Assembly (NCBI GenBank): GCA_030704615.1
Contig: CM060732.1
Coordinates: 56,482,001 to 56,546,000, forward strand
Direction of reading: 5' to 3'
Source: Takakia lepidozioides
Taxonomy: Eukaryota > Plantae > Bryophyta
DNA length: 64,000 nt
Numbering within the stretch: the first letter of the stretch is position 1; each line of letters begins with the position of its first letter. Positions 38,609 through 51,945 of the stretch are shown here, piece by piece. The notes under the pieces were generated by a model. The model was not told the origin of the DNA, ran no database searches, and worked only from the letters and a program-made list of their open reading frames with translations. The position numbers and the translations under genes are program-made.

Positions 38609-39171
38609 TCACGTTGTCAATGGGACTTCGACTGCTCTCAGAACTAGCTCATGAGTCATGGGGCTCCTCCATGTAAAGTCGATTGCAGCCGTTGTACTGC
38701 CCCTAGTGATGTTCACCACAATGTCCTGCCCTTCAATCATACCACCATCGAATATGGAAATCTTCACGTTTTCGTCGTCCACACCAATGCGAATGTCCCC
38801 ATACAATGGAGAAGAGGAGCGCACTCCTTCAGGAGAATAGGTCTCTCCGATGGAGTCCACCCACGTCCAGTGGCAGCAGTTCCACCGCAACAGCATAGCA
38901 GTGCGCCTTCTTCTGCATGGGTGACCGTCGTAGCTGGGAAAATCGGAATCGAGGATGCGCAGGAGCCACGGACTCCTCAGACCAAGATCGTCACCCCGCT
39001 CGAAGGCGTAGGGCCTAGGATATACTCAAAAGCCACCAATGTTTCCACAATCGAACCAGTATCTTCTCTGTAATCTGTGTACCAGATAACAATGTCTCCC
39101 GATGTGGCCGAATACATTGCATAATCGATGCCTCCAAATGGGCAGTCGTCCCGGTTCCGGAAGCACGACAT
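38609..39171 (-). pseudogene. MULE cargo orphan protein, paralog 1 (frameshifted)
   Basis: SGDIVIW...AFEY, then a frameshift near 38980, then LLRWNCCHWT...GDI...GGMIEGQDIVV...VLRAVEVP. Matches 58504-59055. Confidence 0.7.
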
Positions 39172-39726
39172 CCTTGCAAAGGAGGACCTGAGGACGACTT
39201 GGATGCAGATGACAATGACCTTGCGGACAGCTACGAAGCCCTTAGATTTTGGAAATGATGCGAAGCGGAAGAGCAGTCCGGCCTCCAATAATGGAGCATC
39301 TGGGTCCCACGTACCCACCGACGGAGGTGGAACGTGTTCATCACGCCGGCGGTGGATGAACCCATACATCTTTCTCATCAACAAGTTATAGTTTGAGATC
39401 TGCCACCGAAGTCCATCCCCCCGGATGGAAATTCGGCGCCGCATTTACATCGAAGAGGGGATGGACTTCGTCGTGTCCAGTGGCTATCGGCCCACCTGGC
39501 AGTGAGTGCCCATAGTTTGCATGGCAGGGTAGGAAACTGAAACGGCTACATTCATGAAGCAGCCAATCTTCATCGGTCCAGGATCCTGTAGGGGGGAATT
39601 TAAATGTGCCCTGGAGTGTTTGTGAGGAATTGCACCGTTAGCTTGAACTTTTTCCAGCCACCGCGCTGCTCCTCCTCCATCCGGGAGCTGCTGTCATTGA
39701 GCATACTCCGCTACTCTTTTTCAAGG

Positions 39727-40304
39727 ATGCCGTGCCGCCGAAATCCAGCCGACTGCCCTTATCATGGCCACGATTATGCTATGTTCAAACCAGAATCAGG
39801 AGACATCATTGTTTGGCTCTCTGTTTTCACAGACGCTGCTGGAATCAAGCAAGAGTCTTTGCGCGCAATGGAGTATCTGGAGGGCTATTACCGCTTTGAG
39901 CGAGGTGAGGGCGAGGGTCAATGCGGTCCGTGGGTCCTGAAAATTGTTGACCTCGATATACCAAGCTGGAAAGGGATGCCGGACAGATCACGCATGGCCT
40001 CGCTTTGGAGCTGGAACTGCTGCCAGTGGACCAGGGAGGACGGCACCGGGAAAACTATATACGTGCAGATCACTCCGCTCTTCCAGTGTGTGGAGACATT
40101 CGGCTGAGTTGCGAAGACGAATCGCACGGGCACATGAGGCCCACAGTGACCTTGTCAATGTATGATGGTGGTATCATTGATGGACATGACATTGTCGTCG
40201 GCTCCAGCAAGGGCAGCAGAATTACCAAATTGCAGTTTACCTCGAGGTGCCGAAGCAGTGATGAGCTTGTTTTGAGGGGTATCGAAGTTCCGTCGACTTG
40301 GTGA
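39727..40304 (+). pseudogene. MULE cargo orphan protein, paralog 2 (frameshifted)
   Basis: SGDIIVWL...AMEYL...WVLKIVDLDIP...WNCCQWT, then a frameshift near 40060, then GDI...YDGGIIDGHDIVV...VLRGIEVPSTW. Confidence 0.7.
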
Positions 40305-40458
40305 AGCCCATGTAGAAGGAGGAAGGGCTTAGTTTTGTCTGCAGTTGGTAAATGTGAGACATCATGTCCGATCAATAAACCCATCGTACCTCACTTCTGT
40401 ATGATTGTGTTTCATTCTGTTGAATAACTGTCGGAATTGGCCCACTGTTTACAATTTG

Positions 40459-40958
40459 NNNNNNNNNNNNNNNNNNNNNNNNNNNNNNNNNNNNNNNNNN
40501 NNNNNNNNNNNNNNNNNNNNNNNNNNNNNNNNNNNNNNNNNNNNNNNNNNNNNNNNNNNNNNNNNNNNNNNNNNNNNNNNNNNNNNNNNNNNNNNNNNNN
40601 NNNNNNNNNNNNNNNNNNNNNNNNNNNNNNNNNNNNNNNNNNNNNNNNNNNNNNNNNNNNNNNNNNNNNNNNNNNNNNNNNNNNNNNNNNNNNNNNNNNN
40701 NNNNNNNNNNNNNNNNNNNNNNNNNNNNNNNNNNNNNNNNNNNNNNNNNNNNNNNNNNNNNNNNNNNNNNNNNNNNNNNNNNNNNNNNNNNNNNNNNNNN
40801 NNNNNNNNNNNNNNNNNNNNNNNNNNNNNNNNNNNNNNNNNNNNNNNNNNNNNNNNNNNNNNNNNNNNNNNNNNNNNNNNNNNNNNNNNNNNNNNNNNNN
40901 NNNNNNNNNNNNNNNNNNNNNNNNNNNNNNNNNNNNNNNNNNNNNNNNNNNNNNNNNN
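40459..40958. other. Assembly gap (500 N)
   Basis: Run of N. Confidence 1.
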
Positions 40959-43900
40959 TGGCTGTAATGATGTACCTGTTCCGTGGATTCGGGCTGGTGG
41001 GTTAATCGGTCCAATAAAGTCTAGTCGCCCATTTCTGAATGGTTCCGTAGGCATTGTAGGATGCAAGGCCATCTTTCCAGATCTCTGCAAAGTCCTAGCC
41101 TCTTACATTCATCACAACTCTGACAATACGTGTGTACTCTTTGAACAAAGTAGGCCACCAGTAACCTGCGAGTAGTATCTTCCTACTGGTATTCTCTTCT
41201 CCAAAGACCTCCACCACTTCCTTTATTTTTTTATGGGGACTTCTCCAGACTTATTTACTTCATGGTGGTACAAGCATCGTTTTTAGTACTCCATCAGGTC
41301 CTAGCTTATACATTCGATTCTGCTTCCTACCATTGTATAAGGTAAAGCTGTTGATAGCGTTCTCTTCCGCTGCTTCCTTACCAAACTAGATGGCATGTGG
41401 ACCATGATAAGGTATATCTTGATTGGCCACTGCCAATCTAAACCATTCATCTGCACTTCCTTACACCTCCATTACAAATAAACTCGCATCAGGTAACTGA
41501 GTCGTCTACTCCGGTGGCGCCTCTCCTGTTGTAGTCGTGACAAATGATCTGCCACAAGATGCAAACGGCCAGGCTTGTAAACACTTCGAACTCAAACTCA
41601 TGCAAGATTATTAACCACCACCTCGCTTCCTTCCACTTATCAAAGTTTGTTTCACCAGATTATCAGAGCCTGGTGATCCACATAAAACATAAACTTTCTC
41701 CCAATAGGTAATGCCTGATTTCTTGACTGCATAAATCATTGCCCAGTGCTTCTCTTTCAGTTGTGCTATAGTTCCTTTCAGCACTGTCATCAACCTGCTA
41801 GCATAGTACACAGAGTGAATCTATATTTCCTGTAACATTTTGGGCTAACACCGCTCCCAACGCTTCTCCTGAGGCATCACAGTGAACATGAAATACTACA
41901 TGCCAGTGAGGGTTAATCAGCACAGGTGTAGTTGTTACTGACAATGGTAAGTTCCTCAAAAGCCTGTTGACATTAAGCTGTCCATGCAAACACTGCATCT
42001 TTCTTCAGAAGCTTGCTCAATGGTGCTGCTATTTGTGCATACCTTTTGACAAATCTTCTGTAATAACTGGTTTGCCCAAGGAATCTCCTTAGACTCTTAA
42101 CATTCACTGGTGGTGGAGAGGCTTTAATGGCCTCTGTCTTCCTGGGATCCACAAGAAGTCCCCTCTTACACACAATGTGTCCCAGAAGCACCCTGAGTTC
42201 ACACAGAAAGTACACTTCTCTGGATTCAGGCCCAGACCTCTCATCCTGCATCTGGCCAGACATAACTCTAATTTATGCAAGTGCTCATTCTTAGAGCTGT
42301 ACACAAACTGAAAATCATCAGAACACATGCATGAAATCACCAGAAGATCAAGGAAAACAGCTTTCATCAGGATTCTTTCTTTCGTACAAGCATCCAGCTT
42401 CTTGTAGTTTTCAACCAAACTCTTAGTTTACCATTCTTCTTGGGAACTATTACAATGGGTGACAACCAAGTTGTATACTCTATTGGGTATATAAACTTAG
42501 CCTCAGCCAACTTCTTGATCTCTTCTCCAACCTTCTGTGCGTAGTTGGGATTCATTCTGTACCTTGCCTGTTTGATTGGTACTGACCCTGGTTCCAGTTC
42601 AATCTTATGCTGACAGATCTCAGGTGGTATCCCTTTAGATCCTCGTAGCTCCAAGCAAATACATCTCTGTATTTGATGAACACACTCTTAGCTTCTTCAA
42701 AGAATTCTGGCTCCAAATCAGCTCCTACCTTCACCATCCTCGGTTCCTCTTCAGTTCCCACATTCACTTCTCTCACCTGCTCATCAGCTGTGATTGTCCA
42801 ACCAGTCACCACTTCATCCTGTAAACTCACAGTGGCTGGTTCCTCTAGGATTTCCATTTCTCCTTCTCTTTCTTCATAGAAATGTGGGGGTAACTGTTGG
42901 TTTCCTCTTCAATTGGTGTTGCTGTCACTACCACAGCAGATACCTCTTAAACAACTTAGGCCTTCCAGCCGCATCTCTGCAACCTGCTCCCACTCTGGGT
43001 GTGCAGCGAACAGGGTAGCTTCCTGCTCCTCATCCAGTCCTCCCCTCCATCATACTCTTTGACCCCTCGAGGTCTTCTCGTAGCAGGTAATCTACTAGAT
43101 TTCTTTGTGGTAATTTGTATCTCGTGTATCCCATTATGCACGGTTAGTAACTGAGAATTCCAGTCATGGAATACCCTGGCCTGTTTCAGCCACGGACGTC
43201 CCAATAATAAGGAGTAAGCCTCCATGACTTCATCCATCTTCAACACAGTTACTGTGATCATAAAGATCATCTTCTATATCTGTATCTTAACTCCTCTTAT
43301 CAATCCCAATGGCTGTACACTTCTTGATCTTCCATTGTTACTGTAAATGGGGCTGGTTTCATGTTACTTAGACCAAGCTTCTTTCTTAATTGGTCTGTCA
43401 TGATATTTACTCCAGAGCCTCCATCTATCAGTACATCAGTTAGTTCTGTGCTTCCAATTCTCAATTGGATTACTGGCATAGAATCATCAAAGTCCATACT
43501 GTTCTCGCCCTTCCGGCTTCACATTATAACTGGTCACCTTGCTGTTCAGGTCTGTGTTTCCTGTCTCTTGGCAATTCAATTGATTGCTTGATACAGCCTG
43601 TGCCTACAATAAGGTGCCACAGCCAATAGCTGTCCAATGGTAATCTCTGCTTTGGTCTGGCATATTACTTCAGCCAAAGTCTCTTCATTACTTTGCATGT
43701 CTGCATCTTCTTTCTTCCTTTCATCCTCACTCACTTCTTCTTCTCCATCAAATCAAAGGAATCTGCCACAGGAATATCAGTACTCTTCTGCATTTCCCTT
43801 ATGGTATCTGCCACTTCCTTGTGTAGTTCCTTCTCATCTCTCCAAGCCTCATCATCTTTAGGCATATCACTGCCATTTCCATTATCATCATCTTCCTCAA

Positions 43901-46900
43901 CTACTAGAAGTATTGGTTTGGCTTTGCTTCTTGTTACTATCATTGTACTTACTTCTGGTACAACACATGGCCTAACCATGTGAGCTGCCACCACTGGGCC
44001 CTCATTCACAGGAGCTCTCATCTCATTCTGGTGTATATCCAGAATGGAACAGGCTGCCTTGCGATGTCCTGGCTGATTACAATAGTAACATAGTTTCTTC
44101 ACCATTGGTCCTCGCCCTTGGTCTGCTCTTGGATTATTTCTGTAATCCTATTCCCGGGCTGGTAATTCCCCCTTGGATTACCCTGATAGTTTGCCTCTGG
44201 AATTTCCTTGGTAATTCCCTCTTGAATTACCTCTCCCTTCCATGCCATTGTTATAACCACCAGACCTACCATAGTGGTCCAGATCATTGTTTCTTCTGGC
44301 TGGGGCTGCACCTGATGCACCCTTACTTGCTAGGTTCTCTAGCTGCTGTCCTTCTGTTGTAGTAACAATTCTCAGTAGAATGGTTATCCATTTACAGATA
44401 GTATAGTGTTTCTCCTTCATGTGGCATTCAGTGTGGTATGGCCTTCATTCTGGCACTTTGCACACCAAACACCCTTCCCCAATGTGTTGCAGGCTCTGTG
44501 GCATACTTCTTCAATTTCTTCTAATCTTTTCTCATAGTTATCCTTCTTCAACTCTCCTTATCTCTTACTCTTCCTTTTCATTCTTGCTCTTCTTTTCATC
44601 TGACTCATCCTCAGAGTCCTCATCATCCATTTTCTCTCTCCTAAGCATTCCCAATTGCTCAATTCTGTTTGCAGTTTCAAATGCCTCCCTCCACTGTATT
44701 ATGGGGTAACATATCCACTTTCTTCTGCAACTCTGGTCTTAGTCCACTCACAAACCAAGTCTTCTGTAAACCGGTGCTGGTACAGCAGCCAGCTTTTTCA
44801 TCATCAATTCCATCTTTTCCATATACTCCTCAACAGTTTCATGCTTCTTTTGCTTTAACTGTTGTAAACTTCCATACACTTCATCCTCAGTTTTACTCGT
44901 GTCCTGAACTATTTTGGAATGTGTATTCAAGCCATTCCAGGTTAGGAAATGATTATCAGGAAATCTTGTATACCATTCACTTGCTTTCTTGATAAGTGAA
45001 CAAGGAATCAATTTCATCTTGGCATCATCGCCATTCTCATTGTTCACTATACACATGTGCTCAAATTGGCTAATGTGTACATCGGGATCCCCTTTTCCTG
45101 AATATATTGGAAAAGGTGGTTTTGCCCGTGTTGGTTGTAACGCCATCTGTGGCCCTACCTTCTGCCCACTGACAGGTGCTTGCACCTTGCTGGTGCTGGT
45201 CCTTCTGGACCTGTTGTTGTTGTGGTGGATCTTCCACCAAGTGGTGGCCCTTGAGCACTCCCTGTTACTGGCCCCCACATATTCACAGTATTCCCAGCTC
45301 CAGTTGCACTACTTCCCACACTCCCTGTCCCCCCAGAGCCAGATCTAGGCAGCCCGCCTGATCCCCCTCAGCCGACACCCTTGTTGGCCTGTGATCCAAG
45401 TGCTCCACTTGATCCAGGTCCAATGGGTTGGGATGTCCTGGTTGTAGTCTCAACCTCAGCTGTTGGGTCTACTTCTTCATACTCTCCTCTTCCAATTTCT
45501 TCTCTCTATTTTCATCCTCCAAGTTCTGCCCTTGGGTTTCTTCTTCACTCATGTAACTCAACTGCAATGGTGTTGGAGAGTCTGAACTCTCCGTTGGCTC
45601 TGCCACATCCTCTCCTCCTTCTTCACCTTCCGCTTCAGAAACTGGAGTTCCTGCTTTTGGTGTTCCATGCCAACTCTTATCAAAGATTTCTGTCAAATAT
45701 TTTATGCAGGGATGTACCTCAGATCTTTCACCTCGTGATTGATCTTCTTCCCGTACCAATTCCCTTAATCTTTCTTGCAAAGAAAAAGAAGGAGTGGCAT
45801 CCAACTCTAGTTCTTCCGGTATGGGTGATGTACTCTTTGATCTTAATGGTGTGAGAGGTCCAGATGATTCCCCTATGTCTATTCCTCTCTCCCAAAGATA
45901 TGGATAATTAGCTTTCAGATAGCTTTCTCTTTTTGCTGAATATCTCTGGCGTCTAGCTTCTCTTTCATCACTCATGCCCATGTCTTTCATTCTTTAATGT
46001 GCAATCCCAACTCTCTTCTGTAATATCTCTCGTATATGCCTGGGTTTTTTCAACTTCAATGCACCCTTTGGCTATACTTGAAGTCTCCGTTCCATATAAC
46101 CATATGCAAACAGTCTGGAAAGCTGTTCTTGTTGAGTTTGATCCCAACATATCCTTTCCTTTGGAATCCAATTCTTTGATCAGGCTCATGGCTCACAACC
46201 TCACACGCTTCAGCAGCTACCCCTGCATTTCAGTGTCTCCCCTCCCTGCCAACGTCCACAAAAACAACCGCTTCCCAGCAGACCGTTACTCCTACGTAGT
46301 CGCCTCCGAACACCCCATCACCCCCAACCTTACAACACTCGAGGTTCTAAATTTCATGAGCGCATGAGCCCATGAGCCTATGAGCCTATGAGCTCATGAG
46401 CGGGCATCCGCGGAATTGGAATTTTCCTGCCTTTATTGACGGTGTTATGTCCTCTTACCTCGGTAATAGGGTCTGTTCTCCTGGTCCAGGATGCGGAATG
46501 AGGAATTTCGGCGCCGTTATTCCCAAGAGCAGTGTGCTAAAATGGTGTTTTGAAGACATCCACCGGGGTATTTCGGCACCGAAATTACCTCTTAAAATGT
46601 GATATAGTGCGGTATTTAAAGGCGCAGAACGGGCAATTTCGGCGCCGAAATACCCAAGTGGAATGTGGTGAAGTGCCTTGTGCTGAAGGCTTCCATCGCA
46701 ATATTTTGGTGCAGTAATTCATCCGTGGAATTTTTGAGGCCCATATAACGAAGGCGCAAACTGGGCTATTTCGGCGCCAAATTTCCCAATAGGAATGTTA
46801 GAAACGGCAGGGTTTTCATGGCTTCAAGTTCCCGGGTCGATGGTGTGCATAAATTACTTGTAGGGTTCTTCACTGAAGTTTGCGTCTCTTCTGCTTTTAT

Positions 46901-47334
46901 TATAGATTTTGGTTGGCGGAAGAAATGTAGGGAATGGACAAGCAGTCTGAACACAATGATTTTTCAAATCGTCAATATATTCATTAAGTGTTTCAGAACT
47001 GTACAACAAAAGGATCCAAATGAGACTTTGCTATGGTGAGGATCCGCTATCACTGTCCGATGCATCCCCGCCCTCATGCAAGGATGGCTGCCTTCCACCT
47101 GCCTCCGAACCTGCACTGCACTGCCGCTACCGCTGTTACTCTGAGAAGCCCTCCCCTCAAAAATACCATCCTCACCAGCCGGAACTGTCCACCTGGGTGC
47201 GGAAGTGTCCTCAACATTCCCCTCGCTCTCGGACGCGGATTCTATTACGAACTTCCCTACTCTGCCTTTCACAATTCTATGTTTGGCCTCACGCCTCATT
47301 ATAATTCTCTGCTCATTCCCGTATGTCAATTGCT

Positions 47335-50300
47335 CTAACCGAGTAGGCCTATCCTCCTCCTGATGGCTTCTTTGGCAGCCGTGTCTGCATAGGCTGGTAG
47401 AAAAAAGGGCTTCTGGGGACTCGCGAGAAACGATTTTCTGGCAAAGAATGGCCGATGCGATTCTGTCTCCTCCTCTGCAACAGGGTCCGATTCGAGCAAG
47501 TCTCCCAGCTTCTCCTCGTCGGACGACTCTGCAAGGCTGAGTGTACGCACAAACATAGAATGAAGTACATTAGAGAATTCAAACAGGGAATCATCGGCAG
47601 GTTGCATGGTCCCTACAACCGAAACCAATACACTTACTATGGTGCAACTCACTCGAAGACAGGCATTGGGGGAAGCGGCTTCGGGCGCCCCTGCATCGAA
47701 CGAATTTCCCGGACTTCCTCCTCTTCATCTTCCTCCTCTCCTTCCACGTCCTCTTCTGCGTTTTTGGGATCCTCAGTCGGAGGCAGACGCTGAAGGCCCG
47801 CCAAATTGTAATCGTACAAGGCCGTATCCCCCTCAAATGAGAACACAAATCGGTTCGACATCCTTCCCGCCCACATACAGGCACCTGCGAATTCATACGA
47901 CACAACCACAGCCAAACTCAAGAATGAGTCGCTTCCTCGCACAAGCAAACATACAGAAACGGAAATGGTGTCAATTTCGGTGCCGCATTCAATTAACGTT
48001 CTCACCTGTATTTGCAGTGACGTCAAGGACCCTGCCTTCAACATCCGTACACGTTTCCATGAGCGTCTGGATGAATGCAGGACTCCTGGTCCTGCCATAC
48101 CTCCATGGCTTGCCCGACAAATCACAAAGAATGTCCTTCTCTCCCACATGGTTGAACAGGACGTTATACTCCAGTGGATCAACTGTGGAATCAACAAGTC
48201 TTCCTGCTTCACGTAATTTGAATTTCGAATGTTCCTTCACGAAGCAAAATGCCTGAAAGATAAGAGTCTGCAGAGAAGGAAATGAAAACGTCAGAGGTGG
48301 CCTACATGTACAGGGGCAATTTCGGCCCAGAAATTGACATAGCAGAGGAGAACCACAGCATACCTTCTGGCCATCGTTGAGAAGACCCTGCGTGTTGATG
48401 CAAGTCCAGATCTTTTTCAGGATGGGTGCTGCACTTCTCCCCGTCCATACTTTGATATCATTCTCAGTGACTTCTCCATCGGCTGCTAGCACAACAACAC
48501 AGCCAACGTCGTCCAACATGTTGGCTGCGAACCCGAATGTGTGGCTCCAGTATCTTTCGTCGTACTTGTTCCACCAGGGAACTGAGCCCAGCCCCAGTAT
48601 CTCCTGCCCATCCGGGATATCCACAAGGATCATGTCGATGGAGGCTTTCACCGCCCTGCCCCCGACTGTGCTCTTTTTGCCGTGGCTCATCGCCACAAAA
48701 TACTCCATCATCTTTGTGTAGCCAGGAGTGTCCTCCATATCATTGCCAGTGGCCTTCCTCTTCCCCTTCCCCTGGTGGGCCTCGATCGCCTTCCTCAATC
48801 TCGTTATCTCCAGCCTTCTGGTCAGAGCAGTTAGGAAATTTTCATTAACACACTCCACAATTGTGGGTGTTTTGAGGACTTCCCTGCCCGCAATCTGCAC
48901 CGCACGGTAGGGTCTGCCAGGTGCATCCTCGTATAGTGATCTCTTCGCAGCCGACCCCCCGGAGCGCTGGCCCTTGTGAATTTTCGGACGAGGTGTGGCC
49001 CCCTGGGTGTTTTCCTGCTGGAAATCGTCGTCGGAATCCTCCTCATCTGGCTGACTGTGTTGCTGCTTCTTCTTCTTGGGTGTGGGGGTCTTCGTCTCTT
49101 GCCCCTGTTTGCGCGTTCTTTTCTTCCTGTCCTTGGGCTGCTCAGCTGCCTGCTTCTCCATCTGCTCCTTCGCCAACGCTGCCGCCTTGGCTGACTTTCT
49201 CAGTGCTTTCTGCTTGGCTGCCTCCTCTGCTTTCAGTCTTTCCGCGTCCTCTGGTTGGGGATCCGATTGCGCCTTCATAGCCCTGGCATTCGCTTCCTTC
49301 TTCAAGTTAACCTCCGAGAGGTCAACGGTCCCACTTGGGAGATCCACATACCAGGGGCAGTTACCAAATGCTCGGCATGCCACTCCTTCGCCATTACTTC
49401 TGTGTACATCGTTCCACGACCTCCAGGTGTCCTCCACGCCAGGAAGAATGGTGGAACCCTTTGAATGGCTCCGGACGGAATGAGTGCAAAGTTTATGTAC
49501 CTGCAATCACGAGGCAGTTCAACAAAAATCATTCTACCGATGCATCATGCAAGTGGAAGTTGTCAATGCACAAGGTATTTCGGCACCGAAATACGGAGTG
49601 GACCGTGCCCCAATTACCCAGAACTCACATCTTGCAGAGGTATATTTCGGCGCCGCAATATCCATCGCTGCTTAACCAAATCATCTAAACTGCAAATAGG
49701 GGGATGCATTGTCAGCAGATTACCTGAACAGGACACGCATTGCCGCTTTGTCGGCACCCTCCTGCTCTTCGATGTATACGCTGCGTCTTGCCTTTGCAAT
49801 TTCTCTGAAAAAGAGGTTTGCGAAGCGCCCTCGCCACGACTGCACGTAGTTCTCCATTGTCTCAGGCTTCGTCCAGTCGATCTGTAACTTGAAAGTGGTG
49901 GTGTTGCAGTCCAATTGCTCCTGGGCGTGGGTCAGTACCTGCATCATGGCAGGTTTCCAAAACATTCATGATTTTGAAATTGCGACGATGTCCAACACAG
50001 AATAGGAGAAAATTATACCTGATGCCACCAAGTCATGACATTGAGCCAGTCGTTCATTTTGTCGTCTGTTGGCTCGATGGGAAAGTGGTACAGCAGCTTC
50101 GTGTTTGTATGGCCGTTCCAGATTCGCAGCCACCTCGTCTGCAGCCACCTCACATCGGTCAGACAAGAACTCCAACATAAGAATCGCGAGAAGTCACAAA
50201 ACAAGAATAAACACATGCTTACCTTCTCCGCCGGCTCAACACAGGACACTGCGATGTGATGAAGTTTCTCCATGGACATTTCCGGTTTCATGGGTCTGGA

Positions 50301-51945
50301 GTAATGCAGTCCTATCTCCGCCAGGAACTCGGCACCAAGACCAGGGTCAGCGATTGCAACTTGCTTAACAAGTTTGGACCTGTACTTGGTCCGGGATTGC
50401 TTCCCTGCCTGCACAATATGACTCTCTATCGACGCGTCCGCCTTGTTGGGGGCATCATTCTCAAAGAACTGCCTTTTGGCATAGGCCAAGTCATCCCTGA
50501 TGTTCGTCTGCATTCCCATACCCAGCAGATACAGTCAGGCCACGGATCCCTGCAACAAATAACATTAAATTGATACTGAAATTTGAGATGAACCTCACCG
50601 AATAGAGGATCTCCACCATGGCGTCCAGTGTTGGTCGGTACCAGGTGCGATCTGCTTTCGCTAGGGACTTCCTGTACAGCTCGGGATCGAGGGACTTTTG
50701 GAAGTCCGTCAGCGGAGCTGTCCCCACTTCTTGCACTCTGTAGAGCGTATGTGCCAGATGAGTTTCCACGAAGGCCCTCTCTGTTACCCTGCCATGGAGA
50801 AAAAAAACAACATGAAAATATGATTTCGGCACAGCAATCCAATTTCCAGTTCATAGAGTGCATGACAGTGGTGAACATTGCCTATTTCGGCGCCGCAATA
50901 GGCAGTACACAGGGATGTAATTGTATACTTACAGATTTATATCCGCCATGGCACCCTTCAACAGTCCTCTGTCCCTGACGTCCACCTTCACGACAATGCA
51001 GTCCACCATGTAATGCCAACTGATATCTTGCGGATGCATTTCAGCAATGTACTCTGTCCAGGCAAGCATCCTGTGGTTCCCGTCCCAAACGAAGAACATC
51101 TTCCCTTCCATGTGTGCGAATGTGGGATTAGTCTTCAGATAGGCTTCAAACTCGGCATTAACAGTGTGCCAGTGGGGGCCCCAATTCTGAAGCTCCTCTG
51201 CAGTGGGGCCCCTTGTGACACCCTGGTCATTCTCAATGGAAACGTAGAATGCTGCCGACCCCCGTCTGTACCCTTCTCTGAAGTTGTGCTTCAGTCGATC
51301 GATATCCCCTGGCAGTGCTTGCCTTACAACTGGAAGGCTTACCATGCGACACAAAGGAACTTTAAGGTTCTCGGGATACACCATGGAGCCCAAAACGCGG
51401 CCTATGTTGCTATGAGTCTCTGCCAGCAACCTGTTTGCTGCTATGTTCATGTCTCGTGCGCTCATGAGCATACCCGCCACCAGTTTCTTACTTGTATCAC
51501 CTCTGTCACTTCCCTCACCCCTCTCACCAGCCTGTGTACTGTCCTGGAGGTTTTGCTCCTCCGCAAGCTCCAGCAGGTTCTGATCGTCGCCAAGTCGTAC
51601 CACGTTATCGTCCTCTCCTTCTGTCAGTTGAATGGGCCGCCCTTCTGCAGATCCGACTCCCACATCTCCAGCGGCCTCCACCGCATCTGTGTTTTCTGAA
51701 ATTGACTGCAAACCCAATATCTCCGCTTCCAGTCTCCCTAGGGGTTTTACTGGCGAAGCCATGGGCTCCTTCTGCTTTCTCGGCTTCCGAACTCTAGGTG
51801 GGCTTTTCGGAGGCGATATCTGAGGTGTTGAATGAGGACTCGTCTGCCTCGATGCACTTCCACCTTGTGAGCGCAGCACCCGGGCAGGAGTATCCAAAGT
51901 TGACTGTGTTGCCTCGCCCCCCTGCGATCCCTCCCCAGCTCCCAT
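47335..51945 (-). CDS. Spliced gene (~1230-1250 aa): ParB/Srx-like N-terminal domain plus beta-class N6/N4 DNA methyltransferase-like C-terminal domain; this copy probably has 1-2 lesions
   Basis: Predicted exons 51945-50933, 50788-50599, 50549-50223, 50138-50019, 49938-49724, 49500-48364, 48267-48006, 47884-47653, 47536-47335, all GT-AG. Motifs VRQ...IDRLK..F, FVWDGNHR; SIDMILVDIP, MLDDVG, RSPAFIQTLMETCT..EGRVLDVTANTG|ACMWAG..NR.VFSFEGD. In-frame TGA at ~50535-50537; phase at 49724/49500 unresolved. Confidence 0.68.

Larger units (their letters stand above)
38146..40458. mobile_element. MULE-B, left part (runs into assembly gap)
   Basis: Starts GGGGGCTGCTATTTCATGAGC, identical to the MULE-A right TIR, exactly where gag is interrupted relative to copy 3 (CTTTTGGTG|TTCC at ~45662). 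Confidence 0.88.

Noticed and set aside
40405-41175. ORFs with X runs
   Set aside because: Artefacts of the N gap.
40959-45500. Dense frameshifts in copy 3 as programmed recoding
   Set aside because: Scattered 1-bp indels, densest next to the gap, fit low-quality consensus or decay.
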